A stretch of DNA of 64,000 bases from Candidatus Altimarinota bacterium (GTDB lineage Bacteria; Patescibacteriota; Gracilibacteria; JBDHUY01), in the NCBI GenBank assembly GCA_039809385.1, contig JBDHUY010000006.1, positions 32,001 to 96,000 on the forward strand, read 5' to 3'. The position numbers and the translations under genes were made by a program. Within the stretch, counting starts at the first letter, position 1, and each line of letters opens with the position of its first letter. This document shows positions 9,212 through 18,671 of this stretch, piece by piece. The notes under the pieces are model-generated. The model was not told where the DNA came from, did no database searches, and was given only the letters and a program-made list of their open reading frames with translations.

Positions 9212-10243
9212 ATGCCCAATGGTACTAAATCGGCTCCGCAAGTGATTATCTACAACGGATCTTCCGAAGTGAGAACCGCGAAGCTTCAAAAAGAAGCGAC
9301 TTCTCGTATCATCAGTAATGCCTCAATGATGATGGGAGAAAAATTTGAAGGAAGCAATAATCTCTATCGACTGGACTATCATAACCGTACCCATCTAGAA
9401 TATTTAACCAGAGCGGTGAAAACGATTTTGGAAGCCTGTGGAGTCCCGGACGATAAGCAACGACTTACCCTGATCGCCTTATTTGGACACGATCTGATAT
9501 TCGATTGTAATAAGCCGGCGTCTATTCCAGGACTTATCACCTCACGACTGCGTTCTCCGAAACGAGGAGACAATGAAGAACGCAGTGCACAGTTGATTCT
9601 TGAAATGATGAGAACAGAGCAAGCAAAGTACGCCGAAGAAATCTTCTCCGAGCAGGACTATAGAGATGTTCAACAAGCCGTAGAATTAACCCGGGGACAA
9701 GTAATGCATGATACCTTTGTCCAGACACACTTGCCCGGGAATATTGTACCGCCTCATATTTTTGCGCTCCTTTTCAGCGATATCAACCGATGTCTCTTGG
9801 CAGATCAGAGCCTTCCGCATCACGAACGCGGATATCTTCTCGACGGGCAGCGACTTTTACGGGAGAATTTAGTAGATGTTACCTCATTCATTCGCAGTAA
9901 TCTGCGGGAAATAACCAAAAATCATAAACGCGTATCGGAGGCAGACATACAGAAAATGCAATCCCACCTCCACGACTTTCTGTGGTGGTTTGAAACGCAA
10001 GTAAAATACGTATTTGCCCGATTGAATTATTTTAAGGACACGGATAGCCAGATTATCGATACACCAGCCGGTGGAGAGGTCATGGAGAAGTTGATCACCC
10101 CTGAGCATGCCAGAATAGCGGAAACGGCAGCCAAAAGAAGATTGGAAAGAGCACAAAAGATTGTCGCATCGACACAAACGGTTCAAGCAAAATTTACCCA
10201 GCTGGCTCGGATGGCCGGACATGCGATTCATCCCACGGAGTAA
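9212..10243 (+). CDS. HD-superfamily-like phosphohydrolase, function unknown
   Basis: YHNRTH ... ALFGHD ... NEERSA ... SD pattern. Confidence 0.6.
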   Translation: MPNGTKSAPQVIIYNGSSEVRTAKLQKEATSRIISNASMMMGEKFEGSNNLYRLDYHNRTHLEYLTRAVKTILEACGVPDDKQRLTLIALFGHDLIFDCNKPASIPGLITSRLRSPKRGDNEERSAQLILEMMRTEQAKYAEEIFSEQDYRDVQQAVELTRGQVMHDTFVQTHLPGNIVPPHIFALLFSDINRCLLADQSLPHHERGYLLDGQRLLRENLVDVTSFIRSNLREITKNHKRVSEADIQKMQSHLHDFLWWFETQVKYVFARLNYFKDTDSQIIDTPAGGEVMEKLITPEHARIAETAAKRRLERAQKIVASTQTVQAKFTQLARMAGHAIHPTE

Positions 10244-10249
10244 AGCTGC

Positions 10250-11617
10250 TTATTCCTCCTGCTTTCCGGTCTTTTTCATCATCTCCTCATAGCGCTCCAG
10301 CAATTTCATCCGCTCATCGAAATGCTGTTTCGGATCGACCTGATGTTTTTTCTCATACGCTTTCTCATACTTTTCCAGTAACTCGATCGTGTTGACCGCT
10401 CCCTGATATTCCTTGGTCTCGGACGTCCGTTCGTTCACAATCAGACGGAGCTTCTTATGATGCTCGGTTTTATTGAGTAGATGACTCAAAAAAACATAGC
10501 CGACCGCAATCATAGGCACTGTAATAAACGTCTTTTCCTGATCAAGGGCGAAATTAAACAAACCGTGAAAAAACATCGCAAACAGAAGCCCCTGAAAGAT
10601 CTTTACCTCGTGAAACAGAAACCGGGTACGTCCTTTGAGAATGCTTTGAATGCGACCCCAGAAGAGCATACCCCACTTTTTCTTTTGGGCTTCCTGGAGC
10701 TCATAGGAAGCGAAATGAGCCACGCCGTAGTAGTAACCAAAAATGCCAGAGAAGACCAGATGGGCTAGTGTTGAAAGCAAAGACCGAAAGACAAACGGTA
10801 CCAGTAGAACTCCTACCTGGTGCGTATAGACACCTTTCTCTTGATCAAGTAGGCAGACGTTTGTCGCGATTTCCTGCGGAGTGCACGGAGCCAGCCAGAT
10901 CTTGTCCACGAAATAGAGAATATTCTCCAAAAAGGCAAACCCGAGCGCTACAATGATACTAAATTCAATGGCGCTGCTGATCGAATAAATCGCCTGATCG
11001 TCCGTAAACCGCACGACCAGATGCTTACTGTACTCCTCCAGAAAACCGACCATCACCGACGTCCAGAGAGATCCATAGATTAATTTGGCACTGAGAGAAT
11101 CTCCTAAAACAGGATGCAGTACGACATAGCCTACGACGATCAGTCCGGCAGTGAGCAGCCCGCAGGCAATAAAAATAATCGGCTCTTCGATCGAACGTTT
11201 GGTAACATTGCGCCAGGCATCTCGGATTTTTGTTCCAAACAGAATGTCTGCCACAAACACGATCACCGCGGCCGAAATATAGATCACCAAACTGATGGCG
11301 GTCGTGACGGCGAAAAAGATCGCAATTTTTTCGAGCGATGGATTGGCGCTCAGTGTCTGGATAAAGCGATAAATATTCAGATCCGGAATTTTTATGCCCC
11401 ACAAATCAAAGGAAAAATTGATCGTATGCTGCCAGGCAAACATCGGCAACACCGAGAGCGTGCCGGCCAAAAAAGAGACCAGAACCGTTTTGCGTTTTTC
11501 GGGCGATTTTTTATAAAACACAAACCCCCAGGCTGCTGCCGGCAGCAGCGCCATCAAAAAACCGATCACATACTGCATGACTTGGGTAGCTATTTCGGGA
11601 GAAATTCCGTTCGGCAT
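10250..11617 (-). CDS. PrsW-family intramembrane glutamic protease
   Basis: GFLEEYSK, ALGFAFLENILY, HLVFSGIFGYYYG, HGLFNF; multiple TM segments; start uncertain. Confidence 0.88.
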   Translation of the reverse strand: MPNGISPEIATQVMQYVIGFLMALLPAAAWGFVFYKKSPEKRKTVLVSFLAGTLSVLPMFAWQHTINFSFDLWGIKIPDLNIYRFIQTLSANPSLEKIAIFFAVTTAISLVIYISAAVIVFVADILFGTKIRDAWRNVTKRSIEEPIIFIACGLLTAGLIVVGYVVLHPVLGDSLSAKLIYGSLWTSVMVGFLEEYSKHLVVRFTDDQAIYSISSAIEFSIIVALGFAFLENILYFVDKIWLAPCTPQEIATNVCLLDQEKGVYTHQVGVLLVPFVFRSLLSTLAHLVFSGIFGYYYGVAHFASYELQEAQKKKWGMLFWGRIQSILKGRTRFLFHEVKIFQGLLFAMFFHGLFNFALDQEKTFITVPMIAVGYVFLSHLLNKTEHHKKLRLIVNERTSETKEYQGAVNTIELLEKYEKAYEKKHQVDPKQHFDERMKLLERYEEMMKKTGKQEE

Positions 11618-11748
11618 AGAAAGAACAAAAAAACTAAGAAGAATGAGAAATATTCTTAGCAGTATACCATACCGGAGCATCAAGATACAATGACAACTCG
11701 ATGAAACAAAGAGACTCCAAGATTTTGCGTTTATTGAGGATGATAGCC

Positions 11749-13428
11749 TTAATACATGTCTTTTTGGTAACATGTTTCGCAATACACGATCTCCTTTCGA
11801 TCAGGAGCATAACTCGTTTGAATCGGGGTACGGCATTTCATGCAAGTCCGATCCCACAATTTGCGCGGGTTGCGCAGCGCCATCCGGTTTTTATGCCGGC
11901 AATCGGGACACTTGCGAGGAACAGGTAGATGCATCTCGCGATAAAACCGCAGTTCCTGTACGATCACTTTGTATTTGCGGGAACAAGTCGCACAGGTCAG
12001 GATTTGTTTTGTGATATCGTCCGATACGTCACGGATATTATCGGGAATCTCGATTTTGGGTCCAAAATATTTGGTTGTTTCCGTATCCTCTTTCCAGCGA
12101 TATCCTCGCCGTACCGCCTCCGCTTTTTCAAGCGGGAAATATTCCTGCGCTACCGTTTCGTTATACGCAAAGGGCGACAATTGCATCGGAAAAAATTCGC
12201 CCCATTCGCCGTTTTTTTGCATCTGTTCAATAATTTTCGGAATCAGTTTCTCATACTCTTCTTTGGTATATTGCTTGTTTAAAATGCAGTAACGTTTGTT
12301 TTTCAGCCCGACACAGCCAAACAGATCCCGACAACTGTTCATGCAAAGATAAGAATACAAAATATCTTGTGCGCCGATACAAGTCACGCTAAAGATATTC
12401 CTATACGCAGCTCCTCCGACTTCCATACATTCATAACACAATTCGGCCGTTGATCCCCAGGCAAAGATATCCTGGCAATCTTTTGCCGTGTGCAACCAAC
12501 TCACATAGCGACAATCTTCCAAAGCACTTACATCGTAGGCATCAAATGTGTCTTTGCAATAGTAAATACTACTTCCGCTCACGTGATCATTTGATTGGCC
12601 TATCATATACTTTCTGGGATATGAAAGAGCATACGTTCTGAAATACTCTACCATCTTTGCCAGACTGTCGTATTTACCCATCTGTATTTTTTGAAGCTGT
12701 TTTTGGTATTCGTCCCTCGTTAGCTGCTTATTCAAAAAACAGTACTGTTGATGCCGGAGATTGACGCAACCGAAACAATCATTACAACCGATGCAATCGA
12801 TCAGAAACGCCGATGTAGAACAATTCAGGCAATTTTGAGAGAAGAAACACTGAAAACACCCCTCGCAATCAATACACTGATAGCAACGCTCGCAACCGCG
12901 GATCATGCAATTATCAATACAGTTTTGCGAGTCGTTTATATAATTTCCGTACAGGCAATCCTGGTTCCTGTTACCGGCCGCAATGAGATAGCAGTTTTTG
13001 GAAGCGGATATAGATTGGTTATAGTCGCAATTGATACTCTCGCTATCCATCATGAGAGCAAACAGAGGTACTCTCTGGAGAAGAACGGAGAATTGCTCAA
13101 AAAAACTCTTCCGAAAATCAAATTCTTGGGCATACAACGACGCATCCCAGCTATCGGACCACCATTCTTTATTGGCATAGACAACTTGATTTTTATCAGG
13201 GGAAAGCACTGAAATAATTTCCTGGCCGGACAGATCAGATTTGCGGTTATACAGTTTGCGTTCGTTACGCCAGGCCAGACGCCGCTGCTGCCGGCAATCC
13301 GGACACAACGTCGGCGGTGGAATTCGATACGTCTGTCCCTCAAATACCGGCGAGATTTTCTCGTAGAAGGCACAATCGGAATCAGTGATTTCAAAGGAAA
13401 CTTTGCAATGACGACAGGTCTGGTACAT
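11749..13428 (-). CDS. Cys-rich repeat protein (CPR-type), copy 1
   Basis: CxxC, PPPTLCPDCRQQRR, periodic Cys repeats, YCILNKQYTKEEY, GEWGEFFP..LSPFAYNET, RNPRKLW.R.C..C...YCE.CY. Confidence 0.85.
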   Translation of the reverse strand: MYQTCRHCKVSFEITDSDCAFYEKISPVFEGQTYRIPPPTLCPDCRQQRRLAWRNERKLYNRKSDLSGQEIISVLSPDKNQVVYANKEWWSDSWDASLYAQEFDFRKSFFEQFSVLLQRVPLFALMMDSESINCDYNQSISASKNCYLIAAGNRNQDCLYGNYINDSQNCIDNCMIRGCERCYQCIDCEGCFQCFFSQNCLNCSTSAFLIDCIGCNDCFGCVNLRHQQYCFLNKQLTRDEYQKQLQKIQMGKYDSLAKMVEYFRTYALSYPRKYMIGQSNDHVSGSSIYYCKDTFDAYDVSALEDCRYVSWLHTAKDCQDIFAWGSTAELCYECMEVGGAAYRNIFSVTCIGAQDILYSYLCMNSCRDLFGCVGLKNKRYCILNKQYTKEEYEKLIPKIIEQMQKNGEWGEFFPMQLSPFAYNETVAQEYFPLEKAEAVRRGYRWKEDTETTKYFGPKIEIPDNIRDVSDDITKQILTCATCSRKYKVIVQELRFYREMHLPVPRKCPDCRHKNRMALRNPRKLWDRTCMKCRTPIQTSYAPDRKEIVYCETCYQKDMY

Positions 13429-13449
13429 AAAAATAATTAGGTAATGAAC

Positions 13450-13479
13450 CGTAGAGACGCAATGCATTGCGTCTCTACG
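13450..13479. repeat. Perfect 30-bp palindrome, GTAG-type REP-like
   Basis: cgtagagacgcaatgcattgcgtctctacg. Confidence 0.8.
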
Positions 13480-13530
13480 CGTGGCATGTCCTGGGGGAGA
13501 TATTCTAATTTATTCTTCAACGCTCGCAAT

Positions 13531-15243
13531 TCAATAAACGCTTTCCTGATAACACTTCTCGCAATACACGATCTCTTTCCTGTCAGGAGCATAACTCGTT
13601 TGAATCGGCGTACTGCATTTCATGCAAGTCCGATCCCACAATTTGCGCGGGTTGCGCAGTTCCAGGCGTTTTAAATGCCGGCAATCAAAGCATTGACGGG
13701 GAAGAGGCAAGTTCATCATTTGATAGAATCGCAACTCATGAACAATGATTTTGTAGCGCCTGTGGCAACTGCTACAGGAGAGGATCTGATTCGTAATATC
13801 TGCCGGAGTACCCCCGATATCGTCAGCAATTTCAATCGATGGCCCGTAGTATTTTGAACTTTCTTGCTCTTCCTTCCACATAATACCCCGTTGTAGTACT
13901 TGATCTCTTTTAAGAGGGAAAAAATCCTGAGCAATTGTTTCGTTATAGGCAAATGGGGATAATGACATGGGAAAAAATTCGCCCCATTCGCCACTTTTTT
14001 GCATATGCTCAATAATTTTCGGTACCAATATTTCGTATTCTTCCTTGGTATACTGTTTATTTAAGATACAATACTGTTTGTGTCTGAGTCCGATACAACC
14101 GAAACAATCAGTCGTGTTATTAAAACAAAGCTCGCAATAGTAAAGATTCTGCGTCCCCCACCATGCAATGTTAATAAAAAGACAATGATTTCCACTTACC
14201 ATGCTGTGTGTTTCATAGCACTGTGTAGACCCGCCACTATAGGAAGAATCAAAACAACTGTAATTGCCATTAACGGAATACTGAAGATATGCGCCATCTT
14301 GAGAATCGCTCGTATCGAAGCAAGAACGGCATTTTTTGGCATTTTCCAGATAGTCTCCGGTAGAATCATCGCAGGTATACTGATGGGTAGAAATGTGTGG
14401 TGTTCTTTGATCAAATGCGTCAAAAAAATTCCTCGCCTTAGAAAAACCCGTATACGTATACAACTTCAATTGTTCCATAAGCTTGAAGTACTCCCCCTTG
14501 CTGTATTGTTTGTTTAAAATACAATACTGCTTATCTCTCAGCCCTTTACAGGCAATACAGTTTTTAGAGCGTTTACAATCTGACAAGAAATAGGATTCAC
14601 TACAATCAGTGCAATTGCGCGAGGAGACTAATCGGTAACAGTTTTTACAGTCCGATACGTCGACGCAGTATTGGCAATCCGAGATATTAATCGCATCAAG
14701 ACAACTGGTACATTTGCTCAAACACGTTCCATAGTAGCAATTTTCATTATGTCCATAGGAATTGCTGAAAATGAGATACGCGTTTTTATTATTGGCAGTA
14801 TAGTTTGTATATTCTGAATTTTCGCTGTTGGTATTGAGAATACTCACCCGTGGCACTTCCTTTTGAAGCTCCCGGAACTGTTCAAAAAATGGTCGATTAA
14901 AATCAAAATCGCGACCATACTGTAAAGGATCCCATTGATCTGACCACCATTCTTTTTGATCGTATACCCGGAAGGGTTTGTCAGCTGAATACATGGAAAT
15001 GATCTCTTTGCCTGTCAGATCGCAACGCCGGTTATATAATTTCCGTTCATTGCGAAAAGCGGAACGCCGCTGCTGCCGGCAGTCAGGACACAGTGTTGGA
15101 ACGGGAATAGTATATTTTTTATGACCAAAAACCGCCGCAATCCTGTCATAAAACAGCTGATCTTCTTTGCTGATCAGAAAGGAATGTTGTTTATTCTGAG
15201 CGCAAATCCGGGGAATATTGGTCATATGCATTGTGGAAATCAT
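13531..15243 (-). CDS. Cys-rich repeat protein, copy 2 (tandem paralog)
   Basis: Same motifs as 11749-13428; the start may be a slightly downstream Met. Confidence 0.85.
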   Translation of the reverse strand: MISTMHMTNIPRICAQNKQHSFLISKEDQLFYDRIAAVFGHKKYTIPVPTLCPDCRQQRRSAFRNERKLYNRRCDLTGKEIISMYSADKPFRVYDQKEWWSDQWDPLQYGRDFDFNRPFFEQFRELQKEVPRVSILNTNSENSEYTNYTANNKNAYLIFSNSYGHNENCYYGTCLSKCTSCLDAINISDCQYCVDVSDCKNCYRLVSSRNCTDCSESYFLSDCKRSKNCIACKGLRDKQYCILNKQYSKGEYFKLMEQLKLYTYTGFSKARNFFDAFDQRTPHISTHQYTCDDSTGDYLENAKKCRSCFDTSDSQDGAYLQYSVNGNYSCFDSSYSGGSTQCYETHSMVSGNHCLFINIAWWGTQNLYYCELCFNNTTDCFGCIGLRHKQYCILNKQYTKEEYEILVPKIIEHMQKSGEWGEFFPMSLSPFAYNETIAQDFFPLKRDQVLQRGIMWKEEQESSKYYGPSIEIADDIGGTPADITNQILSCSSCHRRYKIIVHELRFYQMMNLPLPRQCFDCRHLKRLELRNPRKLWDRTCMKCSTPIQTSYAPDRKEIVYCEKCYQESVY

Positions 15244-15398
15244 TCACGAAGAGTATACCAATCACACAAACACATGACAGAAAATGAGACAATAGCAATA
15301 TAATGTTATCATTCATTTTACTCTTCATAAAGCTTGAAACAGCCATCGAATATTTGTTAAAATATCTGTAGACGGGCATCGACAACACCGCTTGCACG

Positions 15399-15514
15399 AA
15401 ATATCAAAATCCAAATTTCAAATGACAAAATAATCACAACTATCAAAACCGCAATATGGACAATCCTTCGTTTTGGTATTTGGGCTTTGACATTCTTTTG
15501 AGATTTGAACTTTT
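15399..15514. repeat. A-rich/T-rich 7-nt-period inverted arms (gene-free hairpin)
   Basis: aaatatcaaaatccaaatttcaaatgacaaaa ... ttttggtatttgggctttgacattcttttgagatttgaactttt. Confidence 0.7.
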
Positions 15515-15520
15515 AATCCT

Positions 15521-16279
15521 ATGCTTCACGATGACCTTCACGAACTGGGGCTGGCCGACGAAGAGATCAAAGTCTATTTGAGCGTACTTGAACTGGGCGG
15601 CGGATTTGTGTCGAGCATTGCGCGCAAAGCCGGGGTACACCGGGTGACCTGCTACAATACGCTCGGCAATCTGGAAAAAAAAAGCGTGATACGGAGTACC
15701 ATGCAAAAAAATGTACGGTTCTACTCGGCAGAACCGCCACAAGTATTGCTGAACCAGATCGAGGAAAAATACCACCGGGCACAAAAGCTCCTGCCTGAAC
15801 TGGAAGCGCTCTATCGTGCTGCGGCGTTTACGCCGCGGATCCAGTTTTTCGAAGATCGTAAAAATATCATCCCGCTGTTCGAACAGATGACCCAGGCCGG
15901 TTCCGAGATTCTGGGATATACGAATTTGGCTCCTTTAAGCAAAATTTTCGGCGATACGCTCAATCAATTCGGAGAAAAATTGATTGTTCAAAAAAGGAAG
16001 TGCCGCTTACTCTGCCCGTACGATGTGGCCAATACCGAACTGGTGGAAAAGTATTTTTCCCTGGCAGTAAACAGAAATCACCTGGAAGTGCTGTGCGTAA
16101 ATCCGGAACAGTTTCCGTTCAAAAACGGGGTCTTCTTCTATGACGATAAAATGGCGATTATTTCATACGACAAAGACGAACTACTCGGTGTCATTATTCA
16201 AAGCTCGGTCAATACCCAGACCCAGAAAGCCATGTTCGATCTGGCGTGGCTCGGCGCGACGAGTTTTATTGTACGGTAG
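15521..16279 (+). CDS. TrmB-family transcriptional regulator
   Basis: LGLADEEIKVYLSVLELG, RVTCYNTL..L, YDDKMAIISY...GVIIQS...FDLAW. Confidence 0.88.
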   Translation: MLHDDLHELGLADEEIKVYLSVLELGGGFVSSIARKAGVHRVTCYNTLGNLEKKSVIRSTMQKNVRFYSAEPPQVLLNQIEEKYHRAQKLLPELEALYRAAAFTPRIQFFEDRKNIIPLFEQMTQAGSEILGYTNLAPLSKIFGDTLNQFGEKLIVQKRKCRLLCPYDVANTELVEKYFSLAVNRNHLEVLCVNPEQFPFKNGVFFYDDKMAIISYDKDELLGVIIQSSVNTQTQKAMFDLAWLGATSFIVR

Positions 16280-16290
16280 CTTTTCGGGTG

Positions 16291-17613
16291 TTAGTTGCGT
16301 CTTTCGATCAAAGATTTCCCCCCCATAAAAGGCCTAAGAACTTCGGGCACCGTAATACTTCCGTCGGCATTCTGATAGTTTTCCAGGATGGCGATAAAAA
16401 TGCGCGGAGAGGGCAGGGCCGTATTATTGAGCATATACACAAATTTGCGGTTGCCGTCTTTGTCGATGTAACGAACGTTTAAACGCCGGGACTGCCAATC
16501 CAGAAAATTACTAGCCGAACCGGTTTCGCCATAGCTGTCACGGCTGGGAATCCAGGCTTCGAGGTCAAACATCTTGTACTTGCCGGCGTGCATATCTCCG
16601 GTACAGATCATCAGCTGGCGGTAAGGCAAGCCGAGCTCCTCGTGCATCTCTTTGGAGATACTAATCATTTCTTGCTGCAGCTTATCAGCTTGTTCCACAT
16701 CGGCTCGGGCAAGAATTACCTGCTCGACTTTCATGAATTCATGAACGCGATATATCCCCTTGGTATCCTTACCATACGAACCAATCTCGCTACGGTAGCA
16801 CTGGCTGTAACCGGCAAAGCGGATCGGCAAGTTTTCTTCTTTTAACACTTCATCGCTGTAGTAGGCCAATAGAGAAGGTTCGGATGTTCCAACAAGAAAT
16901 TTCTTCTCCTTACTGGTAGTTCCATCCACTTCCTTATCCTGGCTCGCAACCTGATAGATCTCATCGACTTCGGTATCATATTCCATACCTTTGAAATAGC
17001 CGCTGCCAAAGAGCGCCGCGCCTTTTATCAGCGTCGGCGGAATGACGAGCGAATAGCCCTTAGCATTCATTTTCTGTAAAGCATAGTTCATGAAACCCAT
17101 CATGAGCAGCACACCGTCATTTTTGACATAATATCCGCGGTATCCGCCAACTTTTACCCCTCGTTCGATATCCAAAATGTCCAATTCTTTTCCCAAGGTA
17201 ATATGATCTTTAACCGGAAAGTCAAACTGCCGCGGCGTTCCCCATTTGTATATTTCGACGTTTTCGCTATCGTCTTTGCCGAAAGGAACGTCTGGGGCGG
17301 GAATAGTGGGAACCCGGCACATCAGATTCGTAAATTCAGGCCCGGTCTTGTTAAGCTCTTCTTCAATTGTTGCGATCTCTTCTTTTAATCGCCGCCCTTC
17401 GGCAATAGCTGTTTCATCGGGTTTTCCGGCCGTTTTTTTCAAAATCTCGGCATTCTCGTTGCGCTGTCTCTGAAGTTCCTCCAGTTTTCGCTGCAACTCG
17501 GACCGTTCTTTGTCAAGTGCCAGAAGGCGATCGAGGTCCAGTTTGATATTTTTATCCTGGGCGGCTTTCCGGATCTTTTCAGGATATTCGCGAATGAATT
17601 TGATGTCGACCAT
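16291..17613 (-). CDS. serS: Serine--tRNA ligase
   Basis: MVDIKFIRE, coiled arm, GTSE, CYRSEIG, RVHEFMKVEQ, SASN, LNNTAL, ILENYQ; start ATG 17613. Confidence 0.97.
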   Translation of the reverse strand: MVDIKFIREYPEKIRKAAQDKNIKLDLDRLLALDKERSELQRKLEELQRQRNENAEILKKTAGKPDETAIAEGRRLKEEIATIEEELNKTGPEFTNLMCRVPTIPAPDVPFGKDDSENVEIYKWGTPRQFDFPVKDHITLGKELDILDIERGVKVGGYRGYYVKNDGVLLMMGFMNYALQKMNAKGYSLVIPPTLIKGAALFGSGYFKGMEYDTEVDEIYQVASQDKEVDGTTSKEKKFLVGTSEPSLLAYYSDEVLKEENLPIRFAGYSQCYRSEIGSYGKDTKGIYRVHEFMKVEQVILARADVEQADKLQQEMISISKEMHEELGLPYRQLMICTGDMHAGKYKMFDLEAWIPSRDSYGETGSASNFLDWQSRRLNVRYIDKDGNRKFVYMLNNTALPSPRIFIAILENYQNADGSITVPEVLRPFMGGKSLIERRN

Positions 17614-17754
17614 GAGACAAAGTTCGTAATAGGATAAAACTAAAAACAGAGATATCTTAAAATATCGAGATTTAAATATCAAATATCAAACACACAAGTA
17701 CGGAAATAAAGCAAAGAAGATGCTACGCCAAAAATAAAAAAGTGATAAATCATT

Positions 17755-17784
17755 TTGACATTTATACATTCTTAAATATAAAAT
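17755..17784 (+). promoter_or_regulatory. Sigma70-type promoter
   Basis: TTGACA at 17755-60 with TATAAA (16-nt spacer) or TAAAAT (18-nt spacer). Confidence 0.6.
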
Positions 17785-17889
17785 ACGTTTCCTATGTCGC
17801 ATGACGAGACTTTTTTCTTATATTGTCACTTTTAAGAAAATGAGCTCCGTCTCGAAATAGGAAGATCTTTGAACAAAGGGGAAATTAAA

Positions 17890-18432
17890 ATGAAAGAGCT
17901 GTTAAGAATGCTCTGGAACAGGTATATAAAAGTTACCTGCAGCGAAGAAAAATGTAATTGGTGGTTGGAAAAAGGAAAAGTAAACTGGCAGGATACAGAA
18001 CACTTTGCATCTTGTGCAAAGTTTTCTCCAGACTCAACAGTGAAGCTGGTCAGAATAATACAAGATGAAGTCTTTCATAAAAAGTTAAACACTTTACTGA
18101 TATCTTCAATCCAAATTGACTTTTTCAATGAAGCAGGAGACGAAGAAAGTCTAATCCTAGACAAGAACGAAAATTCTGAAGTCTTTATCTTAGAGGGAGA
18201 CGACTGGTTCGGATCTCTAACAGTGCAACTAGAAGATGGAAATATAGAGATTCTGAAAGTTGCCATAAATGTTAGAAAACAGAAAATCCTCGCGGAAGAT
18301 AGGATCAATCCTCTACCCGTTATCAATGACAAGTTCTTAAAACTAAATTCTTGGCAACACCTGGAAGTAACTTTTAAACAAGAAAATAATTCATTCTATA
18401 TAAGAACTGACTTTATAACACTCGATCATTAA
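17890..18432 (+). CDS. AT-rich hypothetical protein
   Basis: ORF preceded by SD-like aaaggggaa; has its own promoter and terminator. Confidence 0.65.
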   Translation: MKELLRMLWNRYIKVTCSEEKCNWWLEKGKVNWQDTEHFASCAKFSPDSTVKLVRIIQDEVFHKKLNTLLISSIQIDFFNEAGDEESLILDKNENSEVFILEGDDWFGSLTVQLEDGNIEILKVAINVRKQKILAEDRINPLPVINDKFLKLNSWQHLEVTFKQENNSFYIRTDFITLDH

Positions 18433-18455
18433 ACCTTCCCCCTTCTTCGAAGAAT

Positions 18456-18488
18456 AAAAGAGCTGGTATACCTGTACCAGCTCTTTTT
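18456..18488 (+). terminator. Rho-independent terminator
   Basis: aaaagagctggta-tacctg-taccagctcttttt. Confidence 0.8.
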
Positions 18489-18671
18489 CCATAAATGCGC
18501 TCGGCTTGAGCTTGTAAAATCTCATTTTTTTTGTATGCTAAAGTAAATATCAAAGCTTAAAAGTCACAGCTCAAAAAATTAATTACTTTCAGACTTTATT
18601 CCTCAGATCTAAGCATTTTTTACTAAGAACTTTTGACTTTAAGTACCTTATAAACTTTATAAAATCCTCCT

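Noticed and set aside
11777-13659. DGR template/variable repeat pair in the Cys-rich genes (an Avd-like gene is in the window)
   Set aside because: Both copies are coding 3' ends, the mismatches are not confined to adenines, and no reverse transcriptase is present in the window.
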